In this document: positions 24,553 through 39,802 of the stretch, piece by piece | Layout: every line of letters begins with the position of its first letter | How positions within the stretch are numbered: position 1 is the first letter of the stretch | NCBI GenBank assembly: GCA_951406725.2 | Contig: OX597815.1 | Coordinates: 213,714,001-213,778,000, forward strand | Direction of reading: 5' to 3' | Length of the DNA: 64,000 bases | From: Octopus vulgaris | Taxonomy: Eukaryota | Position numbers and translations under genes: made by a program | The notes under the pieces: model-generated | What the model saw: the letters and a program-made list of their open reading frames with translations, nothing else | Told to the model about the DNA's origin: nothing | Databases searched by the model: none

Positions 24553-24639
24553 TTGCCCTGGTGGCAAATGAAAGAAATCCTCCTCCTCATCATCATCATC
24601 GCCATCCTCCTCCTCCTCCTCCTCCTCCTCCTCCTCCTC

Positions 24640-24681
<42 letters not shown>

Positions 24682-24715
24682 TGTTCTACTTCTGCTGCTG
24701 CTGCTGCTGATGGTG
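24485..24715. repeat. Compound (CAT)/(TAT)/(CCT)/(GCT) microsatellite
   Basis: Direct reading. Confidence 0.9.
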
Positions 24716-24994
24716 ATTTTGTTCATTTATTTATTTATTTTATTTTATTTCGTTTTCAGAGCTAAATGCGTTATAGAACCTGAAGGTATGGAACACTTAC
24801 TCTTGCCGCTCCATTTAATCTCTCCATAGCATATAATTGTCTGCCATCGTTAAATTCCTGTCGACCATTCTAATCCCTTCGCAGCACCGATTTACACCAT
24901 ACTTTATTCCGACGTAATTTGTATTTTTCCGACCTTCTTAACTCGCCAAGTGTGTGTGTGTGTGTGTTTGTGTGTGTGTGCGTGTGTGTTTGTG

Positions 24995-25033
<39 letters not shown>

Positions 25034-25194
25034 GCACGTGGATTTGTTCGTGTTGTGTGTATGTTCTTTGTGTTGGTGCATGTGTAGGTCTGAGTGTGTT
25101 TTCGTGCTCCCGATATAGTCACCCGTACACTATGAACAACTATCTAAAAGATCACTTAAACTTATTTGAAAAAAGAAACATCTACAAAATGGAA

Positions 25195-25412
25195 ATAACT
25201 GATCGAAGCAGTGGTTTTCTGGCATCGCAACGGCCATTTAGACCGGAAGCAATGAGTCTTTTCCTCACGGTTGTAGGAGACACGTTAGCTTCGCCGTCTT
25301 CACTAACTTGTGCAGCGATTTCATTTGCTCTCTGGCGCCTGTTTCGAAGACTGGTAACTCTGATAAACTTATCCTGTGATTTAGAAGTCACTTTTGGACG
25401 ACCTGACCGATA
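25195..25412 (-). mobile_element. Tc1 transposase N-terminal HTH fragment
   Basis: [35 protein letters not shown]...VSPTTVRKRLIASGLNGRCDARKPLL has the GRP, TVRRRL..GL and RKPLL Tc1 motifs. Confidence 0.9.
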
Positions 25413-25433
25413 TGTATGTATGTTTGTATGTGC

Positions 25434-25520
<87 letters not shown>

Positions 25521-25631
25521 CCAGAGTAAACAGATAATTGTGAAGCAAGGTGGAAAAAAGAGTACTTAAATACCAGTTGTAGAGTAATATGCTTTATTTA
25601 AAGCAGCAGAAAATTCAACAAAACCTGTTGA

Positions 25632-25770
25632 ATACACATATACATACACATATACATACACATATACATACACATATACATACATATATATATACACATA
25701 TACATACACATATACATACACATATACATACACATATACATACACATATACATACATATATACATACATA

Positions 25771-25801
<31 letters not shown>

Positions 25802-25836
25802 ATGTATATGTGTGTATATGTATATGTATGTTTATG

Positions 25837-25869
<33 letters not shown>

Positions 25870-25949
25870 GTATATATATATGCATATATATATACGTATA
25901 TATATACATACATATATATACACACACACACATATATATATACATATAC

Positions 25950-25985
<36 letters not shown>

Positions 25986-26013
25986 ATGTATATGTGTGTA
26001 TATGTATATGTAT

Positions 26014-26073
<60 letters not shown>

Positions 26074-26191
26074 GTGTATATATATGTATATATATATGCA
26101 TATATATATATATATGTATATATATACATACATATATATATATACCCACACACACATATATATATATATACATATACATACATATATATAT

Positions 26192-26241
<50 letters not shown>

Positions 26242-26345
26242 TCTACGCACATACCCAAACACACACATATATAGATATCTGTGGGTGGGTGTCTATATTC
26301 GAACTATACACGTCCATACACATATAGATATATATGTACATACAT

Positions 26346-26419
<74 letters not shown>

Positions 26420-26435
26420 AAACACATATACATAT
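25632..26435. repeat. Long compound (TA)/(TACA)/(CA) microsatellite
   Basis: Direct reading. Confidence 0.95.
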
Positions 26436-27143
26436 GATGTATGTAATACATAATACTCTCATGCGCGTGTGTATGCCTCATATTTCCTACCTGCTTCTTT
26501 TCCTTCTTGCAAGATATATTATAATTTATAAACTGATACCTATACTTTTTCTTGCATGTATTTATCGTGCTCACCGTAATTACTCTAACAGCTAAGTAAG
26601 CTACCTATAGTAATGACCATTTTATTACAAATAGCATAGAACATGTTGTATGCAGATAGCTATGACGTAAGTCGTCCATTGTGGTAAGGAGATTGGTGAA
26701 TGCGCCACTCCTTATTCTCCTGCCTTCGCTTCATTATATGGAGTTTAGAGAATTGTGTAGGAGAGTAATAGTGTTCATAGACTGGCAAACGATTGTCTTA
26801 CACACATATACCAACACCTCTACACACACACACACACGCACTACGAAAACGTATATACACCAAGGAAACTGCAGTATAATTTGTGGGAAGGGTTTTTTCT
26901 AATTCGATCACTCGGTCAATGTTGAAGAAATGATACTCAAATCTTCTGTAGATAACACGCTATTGTCCTTAGCCAACGAATTCGCTACAGCTTCGTCACT
27001 CAATCTGTTGGACACATTCCTTGAATCTTCCTCGTGACACATAATGATGCGATGGTGGACGTAATTGTTATATGCCCAACAATTGCCCGACCTTATCTCC
27101 TATGGAACAAAGGACTTAGGCTTATATAGAATAGAGCAGAGAA

Positions 27144-27345
27144 AGGCGGCGAGCTGGCAGAAACGTTAGCTGGCAGAAACGTTCTGAGTTCAAATCCGCC
27201 GAGGTCGACTTTGCCTTTCATCCTTTCGGGATCGATAAATAAGTACCAGTTACGCACTGGGATCGATGTAATCGACTTAATCCGTTTGTCTGTCCTTCTT
27301 TGTCCCCTCTGTGTTTAGCCCCCTTGCGAGCAATAAAGAAATAAG
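27144..27345 (+). mobile_element. SINE family A copy with long 3' tail variant
   Basis: AGGCGGCGAGCTGGCAGAAACGTTAGC...TTTAGCCCCCTTG.G.GCAATAAAGAAATA. Confidence 0.85.
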
Positions 27346-27558
27346 AATAGAGGAGAAAACAACTGTTCTACATAATTTGCATAATTTAAATAAAAGTAAG
27401 TTAAAGACTAAGAGATTGTCTCCCTTTCTCATGTGAAGCTGATATTTGGTAATTATGATACATCTTACGGAGACAGAGATAGTTTTAATACATCATAAAA
27501 TTTTATGATATGACCTTTGAAATACTGGTATTTGTCTCTCTCTCTCTCTCTGTATGTC

Positions 27559-27593
<35 letters not shown>

Positions 27594-27754
27594 ATCTATA
27601 TACGTAAATGTCGAACAATGAGAGTGAGTGCTCAACACCGCACTGGTGGATAAAATTTCTTTATTCGTTTAATAAGGATACCATTGGTTTCATCTAAATA
27701 TCTTGATAATTTTTCCAGCTCATCACATGGAGGACTGGTGTTCGTCTCCATTTT

Positions 27755-27781
<27 letters not shown>

Positions 27782-27792
<11 letters not shown>

Positions 27793-29011
27793 CTGAAATG
27801 AGAAAGTTTGTTTGTCTGGTTTTGACATTGGAACGGGTTAAAGGGCTCTAGATCCCGTCGGATTGACTCCAAAATTTACAGGGACACGTAAAATGAGGTG
27901 AGGATGCGAGTGGGCTAGGTTAGAAATCCCTATATTAAGAGGTGTCATTACTGGGGCAAAAAACGCACACTGTGACAAGTCTTCTCTCATTCTCTTATCT
28001 GCCTGTCCTCCTCCGTCTCTCTCTGTTTCCTCCCTTCCCTTCACTTTCTCTCTATAACGATGTTTGACAGCTACTACTATCTTTCCCCCGCTGCCTTCGC
28101 CAGTGCTGTCACTTTTTCTCCACCGCCTCCCCCCTCTCTCTCTCTCCTTCTCTCCTGTACGTCTGTCTGCATTCATAGAGAGTTTTATTATCGCCACACC
28201 ACCACACAATCATGAGAACAAACATTATGAATGAGATATTTATTGGGTTAATTTATATATGTGTGTGTGCGTCTGTATCTATATATAAATATGTATATAT
28301 AAATATGTATATATACAAAGTGTATATATCTGTATTTATATGTCTATATATATATAATTTGTATACATTTGTATATATAATGCGTACACACACACACACA
28401 TATATATATAATGCGTATATATGTACATATATATATATTTAATGCGTATATATATATATATATACATATATTATATGTGCATTATGTGGTCGGTTGTGCT
28501 GAAAATATGCACACCTATGTTAAAAGTGCTGGCGAGTTTGCATGGCAACTATTTTTTTTCCTCAAATGAAAGGCGTAACCTCTAGGACAAAATTCCTCAT
28601 CTTTTAAAATGTGGCCCGATAACAACCGAATGAAATCGGCTTATATTAACCAAACAAGTAAAACAATGAAAAACTATGCCATTTTAATCCCAAGTAAGGT
28701 TGGGTATCTCTGTAGGTCTACTACATATTTGTGAAAAGGGCAGACGTTGTCTCACAAGTAGTTATACAGGCAAAAGTGTTAGTAAATATGGTAGGATTCA
28801 GTTGAAAATTTGCACACCTATGTTAAAAGTCCTGACGAGTTTGCATGGCAACTTTGAGTTTGCTCGATTGAACGGTGTGGCCTCTAGGGCAAAATTCATC
28901 ATTTTTAAAGTGTGGCGCGCGTAGACCCGAATGAAATTGAGTTATAATGCCGAAACAAATAAAACGATGATAAACTTTTTTAATCCCGAGCAAGACCGGG
29001 TTTCTCTGCTA
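27782..29011 (+). mobile_element. Non-autonomous Helitron-like element with duplicated 3' segment
   Basis: Starts TATATAAATCTGAAATG..GTTTGTTTGTC. Two related 3' blocks (about 28490-28720 and 28790-29011) each end in a hairpin (CCCAA..TTGGG; CCCG..CGGG) plus a CTGCTA-like terminus. Confidence 0.6.
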
Positions 29012-29752
29012 TCTATATATATAAAAGAGGCTTTGGGTAAAAATTGTGTGCACGTTTTGCTACGTCAGAGTTTGGCGGCCACACCAGTGGTCACATCGAG
29101 TTGAAAATTGACACAGGCGTAGAAGACGTGATGAGGCAGAGAGTTGAGTAGGTTAGAACTCACCATCTGGGAAGATGCGGTTGCTATAGTGAGAAGATTC
29201 AAGGGGGCTCTAAGCCCCTCCAGATTGGCGCGATTGGCATCTAATCTTATCTATAAAATGAAGAAGGCGAACGTAGACACAAATTGGATTTTTATATAAA
29301 AAGGGGTCTAAATGGGGCTGGAAGGGGATTCAAATTTACAGGAGGGGGTAAATTGAGGGGGGAAATTGATTGGGAGACGTTTTGTGGCGCTACAGTGGTT
29401 GCTTTGGTGTGAAAACTGGGATTTTATTGATTTTGGGGGACAGTTGGTGGTCTATATCGGACACCTTTTGCCCAATTTCAATCAAAAGTTTCAACATGGT
29501 AAAGTGGAAGCGGATTTGTAATTGAAACATGGAAATCTAAATTTTTTTATAAATGGCAGAGAGATAGATAGAGAAAGATAAACAGTAAGAGAAAGTGAGG
29601 GAAGATCCAAGAGAAAGGAAGAGTAAGAGAGTGGGAAAATGAGAAAGGATAGAGAAACAAAGAGGGAGCATGTGGCGATAAGAAACAGAAAGGAAGCAAC
29701 AGAAAGTAACAACCACAACCTCACCCGCGCGTAGGGTGGGTCACCTTAAGCT

Positions 29753-29754
<2 letters not shown>
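29012..29754 (+). mobile_element. Second Helitron-like element directly abutting the first
   Basis: 5' TCTATATATATAAAA. 3' hairpin ACCCGC...GTGGGT followed by AGCTA. Confidence 0.55.
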
Positions 29755-30085
<331 letters not shown>

Positions 30086-30103
30086 ATATATATATATATA
30101 ATA

Positions 30104-31286
<1,183 letters not shown>

Positions 31287-32727
31287 TATATATATATATA
31301 CATTTATATCGGACAAAGTATAAATAATGGTCGTTACATTTCCTTTATTGTTGCAAATACGACTTACAGTTGTTTCCGATAATCATTGTTGGTTTGTTCA
31401 TTGACCGATTCACTCAGTTGGTCCATTGACTGTTTGAGAAAAGTCAGACGACCTTAAAGAACTAATTCTATCTTTGTCAGAGTCAGAGTATTCTAATGGA
31501 AAACAGCAGAATGCCGATAAATGTTTTCCAGAATACTCTGATTTTGACGAATTCTGGGGGTTTCTGTTATCGATTAGCCCTTCCTCGAAAAACTTCAGGC
31601 ATTGTACATATAGTAGAACCACCCCCACAAAAAAAGACAAAAAAAAAACAACAAAACATTCAGCCGTCGTTAACTGATGAAATAAATTAGCAGACAAGTA
31701 CTGGAGTTAGTATATTTTACTATTCCCTCATCCAAAATTTGTGGTCATGTACATTTGTATGAAATCAATTCATTTAATTTAATGTTACATTTTTAATGAG
31801 ATGGATTAGTTTGGCTCTTTCTAACAAGTAACTCGATTCTAGGCACAGTTTCAGAGAGTAACACCCGCATATCATTCTCAATTAACAATCCCTTCACGAA
31901 ATTTGTTTTAGTTATAAACTTTGCTGAAAATATTTCTTCATAGTGACAAGTAAACAAAACAACGAAAGACACACGATTTGGTTGTGATTAATTCAAAATT
32001 GCAGCGTTAAAAGCCTCACGTGCCCCATGAATCATAAGAGTACGCCTACTCCAGTTTTAAAACTTCTATTCAGAGCCTTTTTGTTTATCTTCACCGCAAG
32101 TATTCTTGAGATAAATTCTTATGCAATGTCAACTTCTAACCAAAAATAAATTTACAAGATTGTCTGTGAGTACACACGCAATGCTTTTGACGAAGGTATA
32201 TGGGAGACATTTCCTCCTTATTCTGAGCTCTGAATTGCGCTAGAATTTACTTCTATATTTCATTCAACCCCTGTTATTTATAAACTAAATACCAGAAATT
32301 TACTAAGCTTACTCAATATACCATATAAGCTATTTGTTAAATTATGTTCTCTTATGTCTAGCGAAAAATATGCCCTGCGCACAGATTTATGTGTGTATGA
32401 GAAAATTCCTATAAATTAAAAATTATCTAAAAAATGTTTTAAAAAGGCCGATTAACAGACACCTGATGGAATATATGGTCTGAGGTAAAAGGGTTTATCA
32501 AAACATTTTTTCAGCTAATTTCTAATTCTTAAAGAATTTGTTTCGAATAATGACTCTACGTCAGCAACGTTTTTTCTACTAAATACATATGTATGTACGT
32601 ACGTATGTACCGTTATGATTATTTCTTGTCGTATGTGGTCAGTCATTACGTGAATTCTGGTTCGATTCCACAGCGTAGAACTTTGGAAAATGCTTTTTAC
32701 TGTAGGTTCGGCTAAACGAATATACTG

Positions 32728-32912
32728 GTTTCAAATTGTTGGCACAAGGCTAGCATTTTCAGGGAGGGACTAAGTCGATTACCTCGTCTCGATGCTCATC
32801 TGGTACTTATTTTATCGACTCCGAAAGGATGAAAGGGTAAGTCGACCTCGGCGGATATTGAACTCTAAGCATTTCGCCCGGCATGTTAACGGTTCTGCTA
32901 GCTCGCTGCCTT
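32728..32912 (-). mobile_element. SINE family A copy
   Basis: CTGGTACTTATTTTATCGAC.CCGAAAGGATGAAAGG..AAGTCGACCTCGGCGG. Confidence 0.85.
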
Positions 32913-33048
32913 GGCTACATTAATATATTACAAGTGGAGTTTTGGGAATAGAAACGGGATCAAAGTTCATTTAGACACATACACATGCGAGCACACACAT
33001 TACACATATACATGTATGTTTATTTCAATATGCTTACAAGCATATGCA

Positions 33049-33125
<77 letters not shown>

Positions 33126-33129
33126 GTGT

Positions 33130-33176
<47 letters not shown>

Positions 33177-33398
33177 CGTGCGCGTGTACATGATGGTCCG
33201 GATTCAGTGCCACTACGTGGAACTTTGGGCAAGTTTCGTCTACTATAGCCAGGGATCGAACAAAGGCATTTGAGAGGATTTGGTAGATGGAAACTGAAAG
33301 GAGTCTATTGTGTATTGCGTGCGTGTGTGCATGTATGTGTGTGTGCGTGCGTGCGTGTGTGTGTGTGCGTGTGTACGTATACATTTATATACATATAT

Positions 33399-33470
<72 letters not shown>

Positions 33471-33663
33471 AAATTGAGGCAAAGCATTTCTAAATGCAAA
33501 GCCAGAAATCCGGGCTCTGGAATTATCCAGTAATTTTTTACTAGTTTTATTTTGTCTTTTTGTCTTCTCTTCTTGTACTATATGAACCCTTAACGTGGTC
33601 TTAGAGTCAGATTCTGGCTGCTATTTTCAGCATGGCAGTATCTCATAGATACCATAAGTTATA

Positions 33664-33798
<135 letters not shown>

Positions 33799-34498
33799 TG
33801 TACGTAGTATGTATGCATGTATGTGTCTTTGTCTTGTCTTTGTACACCACCACCACCACCACCACTAGACAACAAGCGGTTCAGCAAAAGAGACTGACAG
33901 AATAAGTAGCAAATTTTAAAAAGGAGTAAGTACTAGGGTTGATTTGTTCGACTAAATGATGCCTCGGCACTGAAACAAGTAAAATATATCAGATGTATGC
34001 GTATGCAAATGTGTGTGTGTGTATTCGTGTATGCGTGAATCTCTCCTTGATTGCAATCTTAGTTGTGTTGGGGTTTTCCGTTGTCTGGTGCGAGTCTAGG
34101 CCTACGTTTAATTGTATCTAATGTCTTTTGTTTAATTTCTTTTGGTTAAGGCATTGTAAGGGTCATATATCTCATTAGATCTCGATCAGTTTTTGTTTAT
34201 TATTCGTGGCATTTCGTCGGGAATTTAGTAGTTACAGGAATTATTATTGGGTTAGGTGTTAGCTAGTTCTTGCGTTATGGTGGGTTTGCTACACACACAC
34301 ATTTGTGTATTGCGTATATATTTTATATTTTCTATCTTTTATTTGCTCCACATATCAGGGAAACCGTTTTTTGCTTAACTTCTAAGTTACTCAGTACTCA
34401 AATATAACCATAACACCGGTTGTCAAGCGGTGGTGCGGATCAATCACAGACACACACACAGTAATATATATCTGTGTGTATATATATATATATATGTG

Positions 34499-34592
<94 letters not shown>

Positions 34593-34865
34593 ATAGTAGG
34601 GAATATGATTGCAAAACTTACAGGGAAAAATTCAATTTAATAATTTTAAATCAAATTTCACAATATATATGTATATAATTTAGAGAAAAATCTCTATTAA
34701 ATAATTCAATAAAGAAAGATGTTATTCACACCATATAGAAAACATATACTATAAAAAAACTTATTCATGCATGAATGAATAATTAGTTAAACTTATATAC
34801 CAGAAATCATTATTAATAGGGAGAAAAAAATGGCGACATTCTGATGAAATTGTCAGAACGTTAAA

Positions 34866-34925
<60 letters not shown>

Positions 34926-34934
34926 TCTAAATCT

Positions 34935-35000
<66 letters not shown>

Positions 35001-36374
35001 TCTAAATCTCTCAAAGAGAGATTATTCAGTCACAGTTCTTTAAAGTAAAGACTATTTTCCAACATAAATGTGGCTGCTCTGGGTGGGGCAATCATTACTG
35101 TTGTTTAGTTTCCGTCCACCAAATCCATTCACAAGACTTTCGTCGGCCTGAGGCTTTGGTCGGTCCAAAGTGCCACGCAAGTAGGATAGAACCCGGAACA
35201 CGTGATTGGGAAACAAACTTCTTACCACACAGCTACGCCTGTGTATATATAAATATATATGGTGTGCGTTTGATTATGTGTACGTGTGCGTTTACGTGTG
35301 TAAAGCAAAATAAAACATAACAAACTATATAAAAAAAAAACGATGATTAACGAACGAAATCGCTTGCATCGAATTAAGCATAGCTTGTCACTTCTCTTGT
35401 CAAGAAAACGGTGAACCAGTGATTAATTTATCCATTGATAACTAACGACATTATTGTTCACAAATTGTGATATATAAATTAGCAAACTGACGTTCTGAGT
35501 TCAAGTATCACCGGAGTGTTCGACCTTGACCTTCATACTTCCGGTATCGATAAAATAAGGACCACTCATCTTTTGGGGTCGATATCTTGGACTATTCACG
35601 CCTCCAGTAAATCAATAGTGATGGTCACTTGTTGATGAACGCCTTTGATCTTTGAAAGGTCAAGCAGTTGACTTTGTTTATTTGCACTCGTGCATGGATG
35701 AATAATTAGTAAAAATTATATGCCAGAAATCATTATTAATAGGAAGAAAAAATGGCGGCGTTCTGGTGAAATTGTCAGAGCGTTAAAAAAGGGTGGGGGA
35801 GGTTTTGAGGCATTTCTTCCGAATTTTTACAATCTGAGTTCGAATCTCGCCGTTTTCAACTTTACCTTTCATCGTTACGGAGTCGACAAAATAAAGTAGC
35901 AGCCATGTACGGGTTCAGTAATATCGACTAATCTCTCTCTTGTCCTCAAAATTGCTGATTTTGTGTCTATATTAGACACCATTATCTAAAACAAGATGTG
36001 TTAGAAATAATTCTATGATTCTTATTATATTCATTAAGATTCGAATACTAGTCTTTTCTTTTACCTGTTTAAAACAGTGGACTGCGGCCTTACTGGGGCA
36101 TTACCTTTGAACTGTTTAGCCAAATATATCAAACTTAGTACTTATTTTGTTTTCAGAGGTCTAGTACTTATTCTGTAGATCACTTTTATCGAAACGCTAA
36201 GTTACGAGGCATAAACATACCAACATCGGTCATCAAGCGATAGCGGACATCTTGTTTTGTTTTATAATATCAATTTACTTCTGTAGCTAACGAAGATCTC
36301 ATACACACGTTTTTCATACTAAATTATTAATATTTTATTTTGAATCCTGGGCATACTACATCTTTCTCACAGAT

Positions 36375-36572
36375 AACTGGCAGAATCTCTAGTGCATTCG
36401 ACAAAATTCTTAGACATTTCGTCGGTCTTTACGTTCTGAGTTCAAATTCTACCGAGGTCGGCTTTGCCTTTCATCCTTTGTGGGGCGAATAAGTAGCATT
36501 TGAAAATTGGGGTCGATGTAATCGACTTACCCCGTCCCCCGAAATAGCTGGCCTTGTACCAAAATTTGAAAT
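36375..36572 (+). mobile_element. SINE family A copy
   Basis: GTTCTGAGTTCAAATTC..CCGAGGTCG.CTTTGCCTTTCATCC. Confidence 0.85.
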
Positions 36573-36589
36573 AATTAATATTATTATTG

Positions 36590-37140
36590 GTCAGGCGGTC
36601 AGTCTGTTGCTAGCATCCTCTGAATGGCGGGTTAGGTATGTTGTGGCTCCTAATGCGTAGACACGCTCTTAGGTTACGCCACCTGCAACGATTTCTGGAC
36701 GGTGAGCGCTAGTGGCTCCGTCTGTGAGGCTCATCTTTCCGCAGCTCGTCTACTTGACGGAGCTGCTGCCCTGGGTGAAAAAAAGACTGTCCCCGAGTGA
36801 GTTTATTGAAAGGTGGCTTAAAGTTGCGAAAATGGCAAAAGCTGAAGAGAAGGAATTGGAGAGGGCATTTGCTCCTGGGGTTTCAGGGAAATCTCGGCCT
36901 CGATTATCCCTAGAGGCCTTCTTGTATAAGGAGAGCCACATCTCTATCATCCTCCACCCCTTTTTTTAAAACCCCTTTATGCTATGCGCATGTCTCTTCT
37001 TTCTCAGTGTATTCTGTGGAGACTTATTTTCTTTCACTTTCTGTTTTTTTTCAATCATTTCCTTATTTGCAGACTCCCACACTTTATGTCTGTCTTTGTA
37101 TTGTCCTCCTCCATCCTTCATCCTTGTGAAAAATAAATGA
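36590..37140 (+). mobile_element. L1/Tx1-like LINE remnant with 3' end
   Basis: KRLSPSEFIERWLKVAKMA resembles the C-terminus seen at 24140-24205. Followed by a T-rich 3' UTR ending AAAAATAAA. Confidence 0.5.
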
Positions 37141-37602
37141 AATCATTATTATCATTATTGTAGTTGTTGCTACTATTGCTGTTATTGTTGCTGCTGTTGT
37201 TGTTGCTGTTGTTATTATATCAAGGCGGTGCCCCAGCATGGCCACAGTCGACTGTCTGACACAGAGAAAAGGTCAGAAATATTAGCTTCTGTACTTTTCC
37301 TTTTTACATTTCATTCCTGTCATCGTTTGTAAGGAATCAACGAAAAAGTGTAAATGTGGTTACTTGACGAAATAGAAGTAGCAGCCATATGAATCTAAAC
37401 CAATCTAAACCAATACATTCTCGGAAAGAAGAAGGATACGTAAGATGGATTAGACCGAGGTACAGTGAGTCTGAAAAAAGATGGATGTAGTTAGATCTGA
37501 AACGGTTGCTCGATCAGTGCAAGATAAGCAACACGATTAACACAAATCAAGGAGGGAGCCCACGATATAGTCAGTTGACTTGCTAGAAATAGTGCGAAGT
37601 TT

Positions 37603-37800
37603 AATTTGATCCACTTTGGAAAAGAGGATACTCTGACACTACCATATGTCCTTCCTTCGAGCGACTCCCTCATATCATCTAACAACACCAGAGATCTTGG
37701 AGTAACTGCTGATAACAATCTAAGCTGGAGTTTCTACATAAACAGCAAGGTTGACTTGGCCCGCAGGATGTACCCCCGGATTCTGAGAACTTCTTTTTAA
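37603..37800 (+). mobile_element. CR1/L2-like RT fragment
   Basis: NTRDLGVTADNNLSWSFYINSKV...RILRT matches the RDLGVxxDxxLxWxxHI motif. Confidence 0.8.
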
Positions 37801-37819
37801 GACGGTAGGGTATAATTTG

Positions 37820-38053
37820 AAGGCGACGAACTGGCAGAAACGTTAGCACGCCGGGCGAAATGCTTTTCGGTATTTCGTCTGCCGCTACGTTCTGAGTTCA
37901 AATTCCGCCGAGGTCGACTTTGCCTTTCATCATTTCGGTGTCGATTAAATAAGTACCAGTTACGCACTGGGGTCGATATAATCGACTTAATCCGTGTGTC
38001 CGTCCTTGTTTGTCCCCTCTGTGTTTAGCCCCTTGTGGGTAGTAAAGAAATAA
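37820..38053 (+). mobile_element. Full-length SINE family A copy
   Basis: Complete head, central domain and tail. Confidence 0.9.
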
Positions 38054-38529
38054 GTATGATATAATTTGAAGGAGATTTGGCTATTAAATCTTTTAGTGAT
38101 CCCATTATTGACTCGAGTGACACTGTTTTATGTGTATGTTTTCAAACTTTTGTGACTTTTCGGAGTTGCACAACCGAAGTTCTATGGAACGAGCTGTTGA
38201 GAATTGCATTTAGGTGACAACATCCTGGCTCTTCCTTTCCCTATCACTCGCAACTGCCGTAGCCAATCGCACATTTTAGGTTCAAACCTAATGACTCAGA
38301 TGTCCAAGGAGCCAGACATTTCAACCATGAGCACATGCGATTGGCATAAACAAACAGATGGATTGATAAACTGACAAACAGCCAGATAGATAGATAGATA
38401 GATAGACGGATAGATAGATAGATAGATAGATAGTTAAGAAGTAGATGACAGACTTTTGGAAGGTCATCATACGCATACGTACACACTCACACAGGCCTAC
38501 ACATACACATAAATATTCCCTCTGCTCTT

Positions 38530-38590
<61 letters not shown>

Positions 38591-38687
38591 ATACAAATGC
38601 ATATGCATAAGTACATGTATAAATATATATAATATATATATATATTTATTTATATATATATTTATATATGTATGTACACACACACAA

Positions 38688-38718
<31 letters not shown>

Positions 38719-38993
38719 TTGCGCTATGTTGTCGTTTGTTACAAACAGCAAAATCTTGAACTTTGCCTGACCCTGCAATATAATAACTATGCGACTCTTC
38801 TACCTGCTGAAGTGAGAGGATGCGCACGTCCTTCTTCCAGTGTGCCTGTGTGCGGTCTACGTTTGCGTGTGTGAGCACGAACCTGTGTTTGTGTGTGTGT
38901 GTGTGCGTGCGCGCACGCGTATCTCTGTATCTCATTGTATGTGTTAAGTCCGTTGTACGTCAGTGTGAATATTGTCATGTGATTCGTTGGTAG

Positions 38994-39117
38994 TTCGTTT
39001 CTAAGGTTGGGAAGCAAGGCAGAGAGGAAGATTTCTAAAGCGGCGTTCAGTGATTCGCTTTTGACCAACCACACTAATAGCCTGAAACTGCCAGAGCAGT
39101 CAGTGGAAAGCAATACG
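38994..39117 (+). CDS. Candidate internal coding exon of an unidentified gene
   Basis: Open frame SFLRLGSKAERKISKAAFSDSLLTNHTNSLKLPEQSVESNT ends at a strong donor ACG|GTGAGT (39118). Acceptor is uncertain (TAG ending 38993 or AAG ending 39005). Confidence 0.35.
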
Positions 39118-39364
39118 GTGAGTAGGGGTGACATAGCATCCCTTTACCTCGCCACCTCATCATTACCGAAAATCCATTCAGACTGACAAAGCCAGCCATG
39201 CCCACCCACTTCCACTTTCACCTTGCAATGTTTCATTTCCATACCCCCCCTCCTCGCCTAACTTCACCTACCCCCCCCCCTTAACACTTTTGCTTGTTTT
39301 AATTTGGATTCATTTGCTTGTCTTATTTTATTGTTTCTCTTTCTTTTTCAATTGTTGGATTTGC

Positions 39365-39766
39365 TACGGCGAGATGGCAGAACCGTTAAGTGCGTCGGAC
39401 AAAAAGTGCTTAGCGACATTTCCTCCGCCTTTACTCAAAACGTGTTCAAATTCCGCTGAGGTCGACTTTGTCTTTCATCTTTTCGGGGTCGATAAAATAA
39501 GTTCCAGTTGAACCCTTACCCTCTCCCCGAACATTGTTATTATAGTGCAAAGGCGACGAGCTGGCAGAATCGTTAGCACGTTGGACGAAATGCTTAGCGC
39601 CGTTTTACCCGTCGCTACGTTCTGAGTTCAAATTCCGCCGGGGGTCGACTTTTACCTTTCATCCTTTCGGGGTCGATGAATTAAGTACCAGTGAAACACT
39701 GGGGTCGATGTAATCGACTATTCCCCCTTCCCACAAATTTCAGGCCTTGCGCTTATAATAGAAAGG

Positions 39767-39802
<36 letters not shown>

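Noticed and set aside
25566-26437. Long YI/HT/VC-repeat ORFs here, at 46162-47243 and elsewhere
   Set aside because: Translations of stop-free microsatellites.
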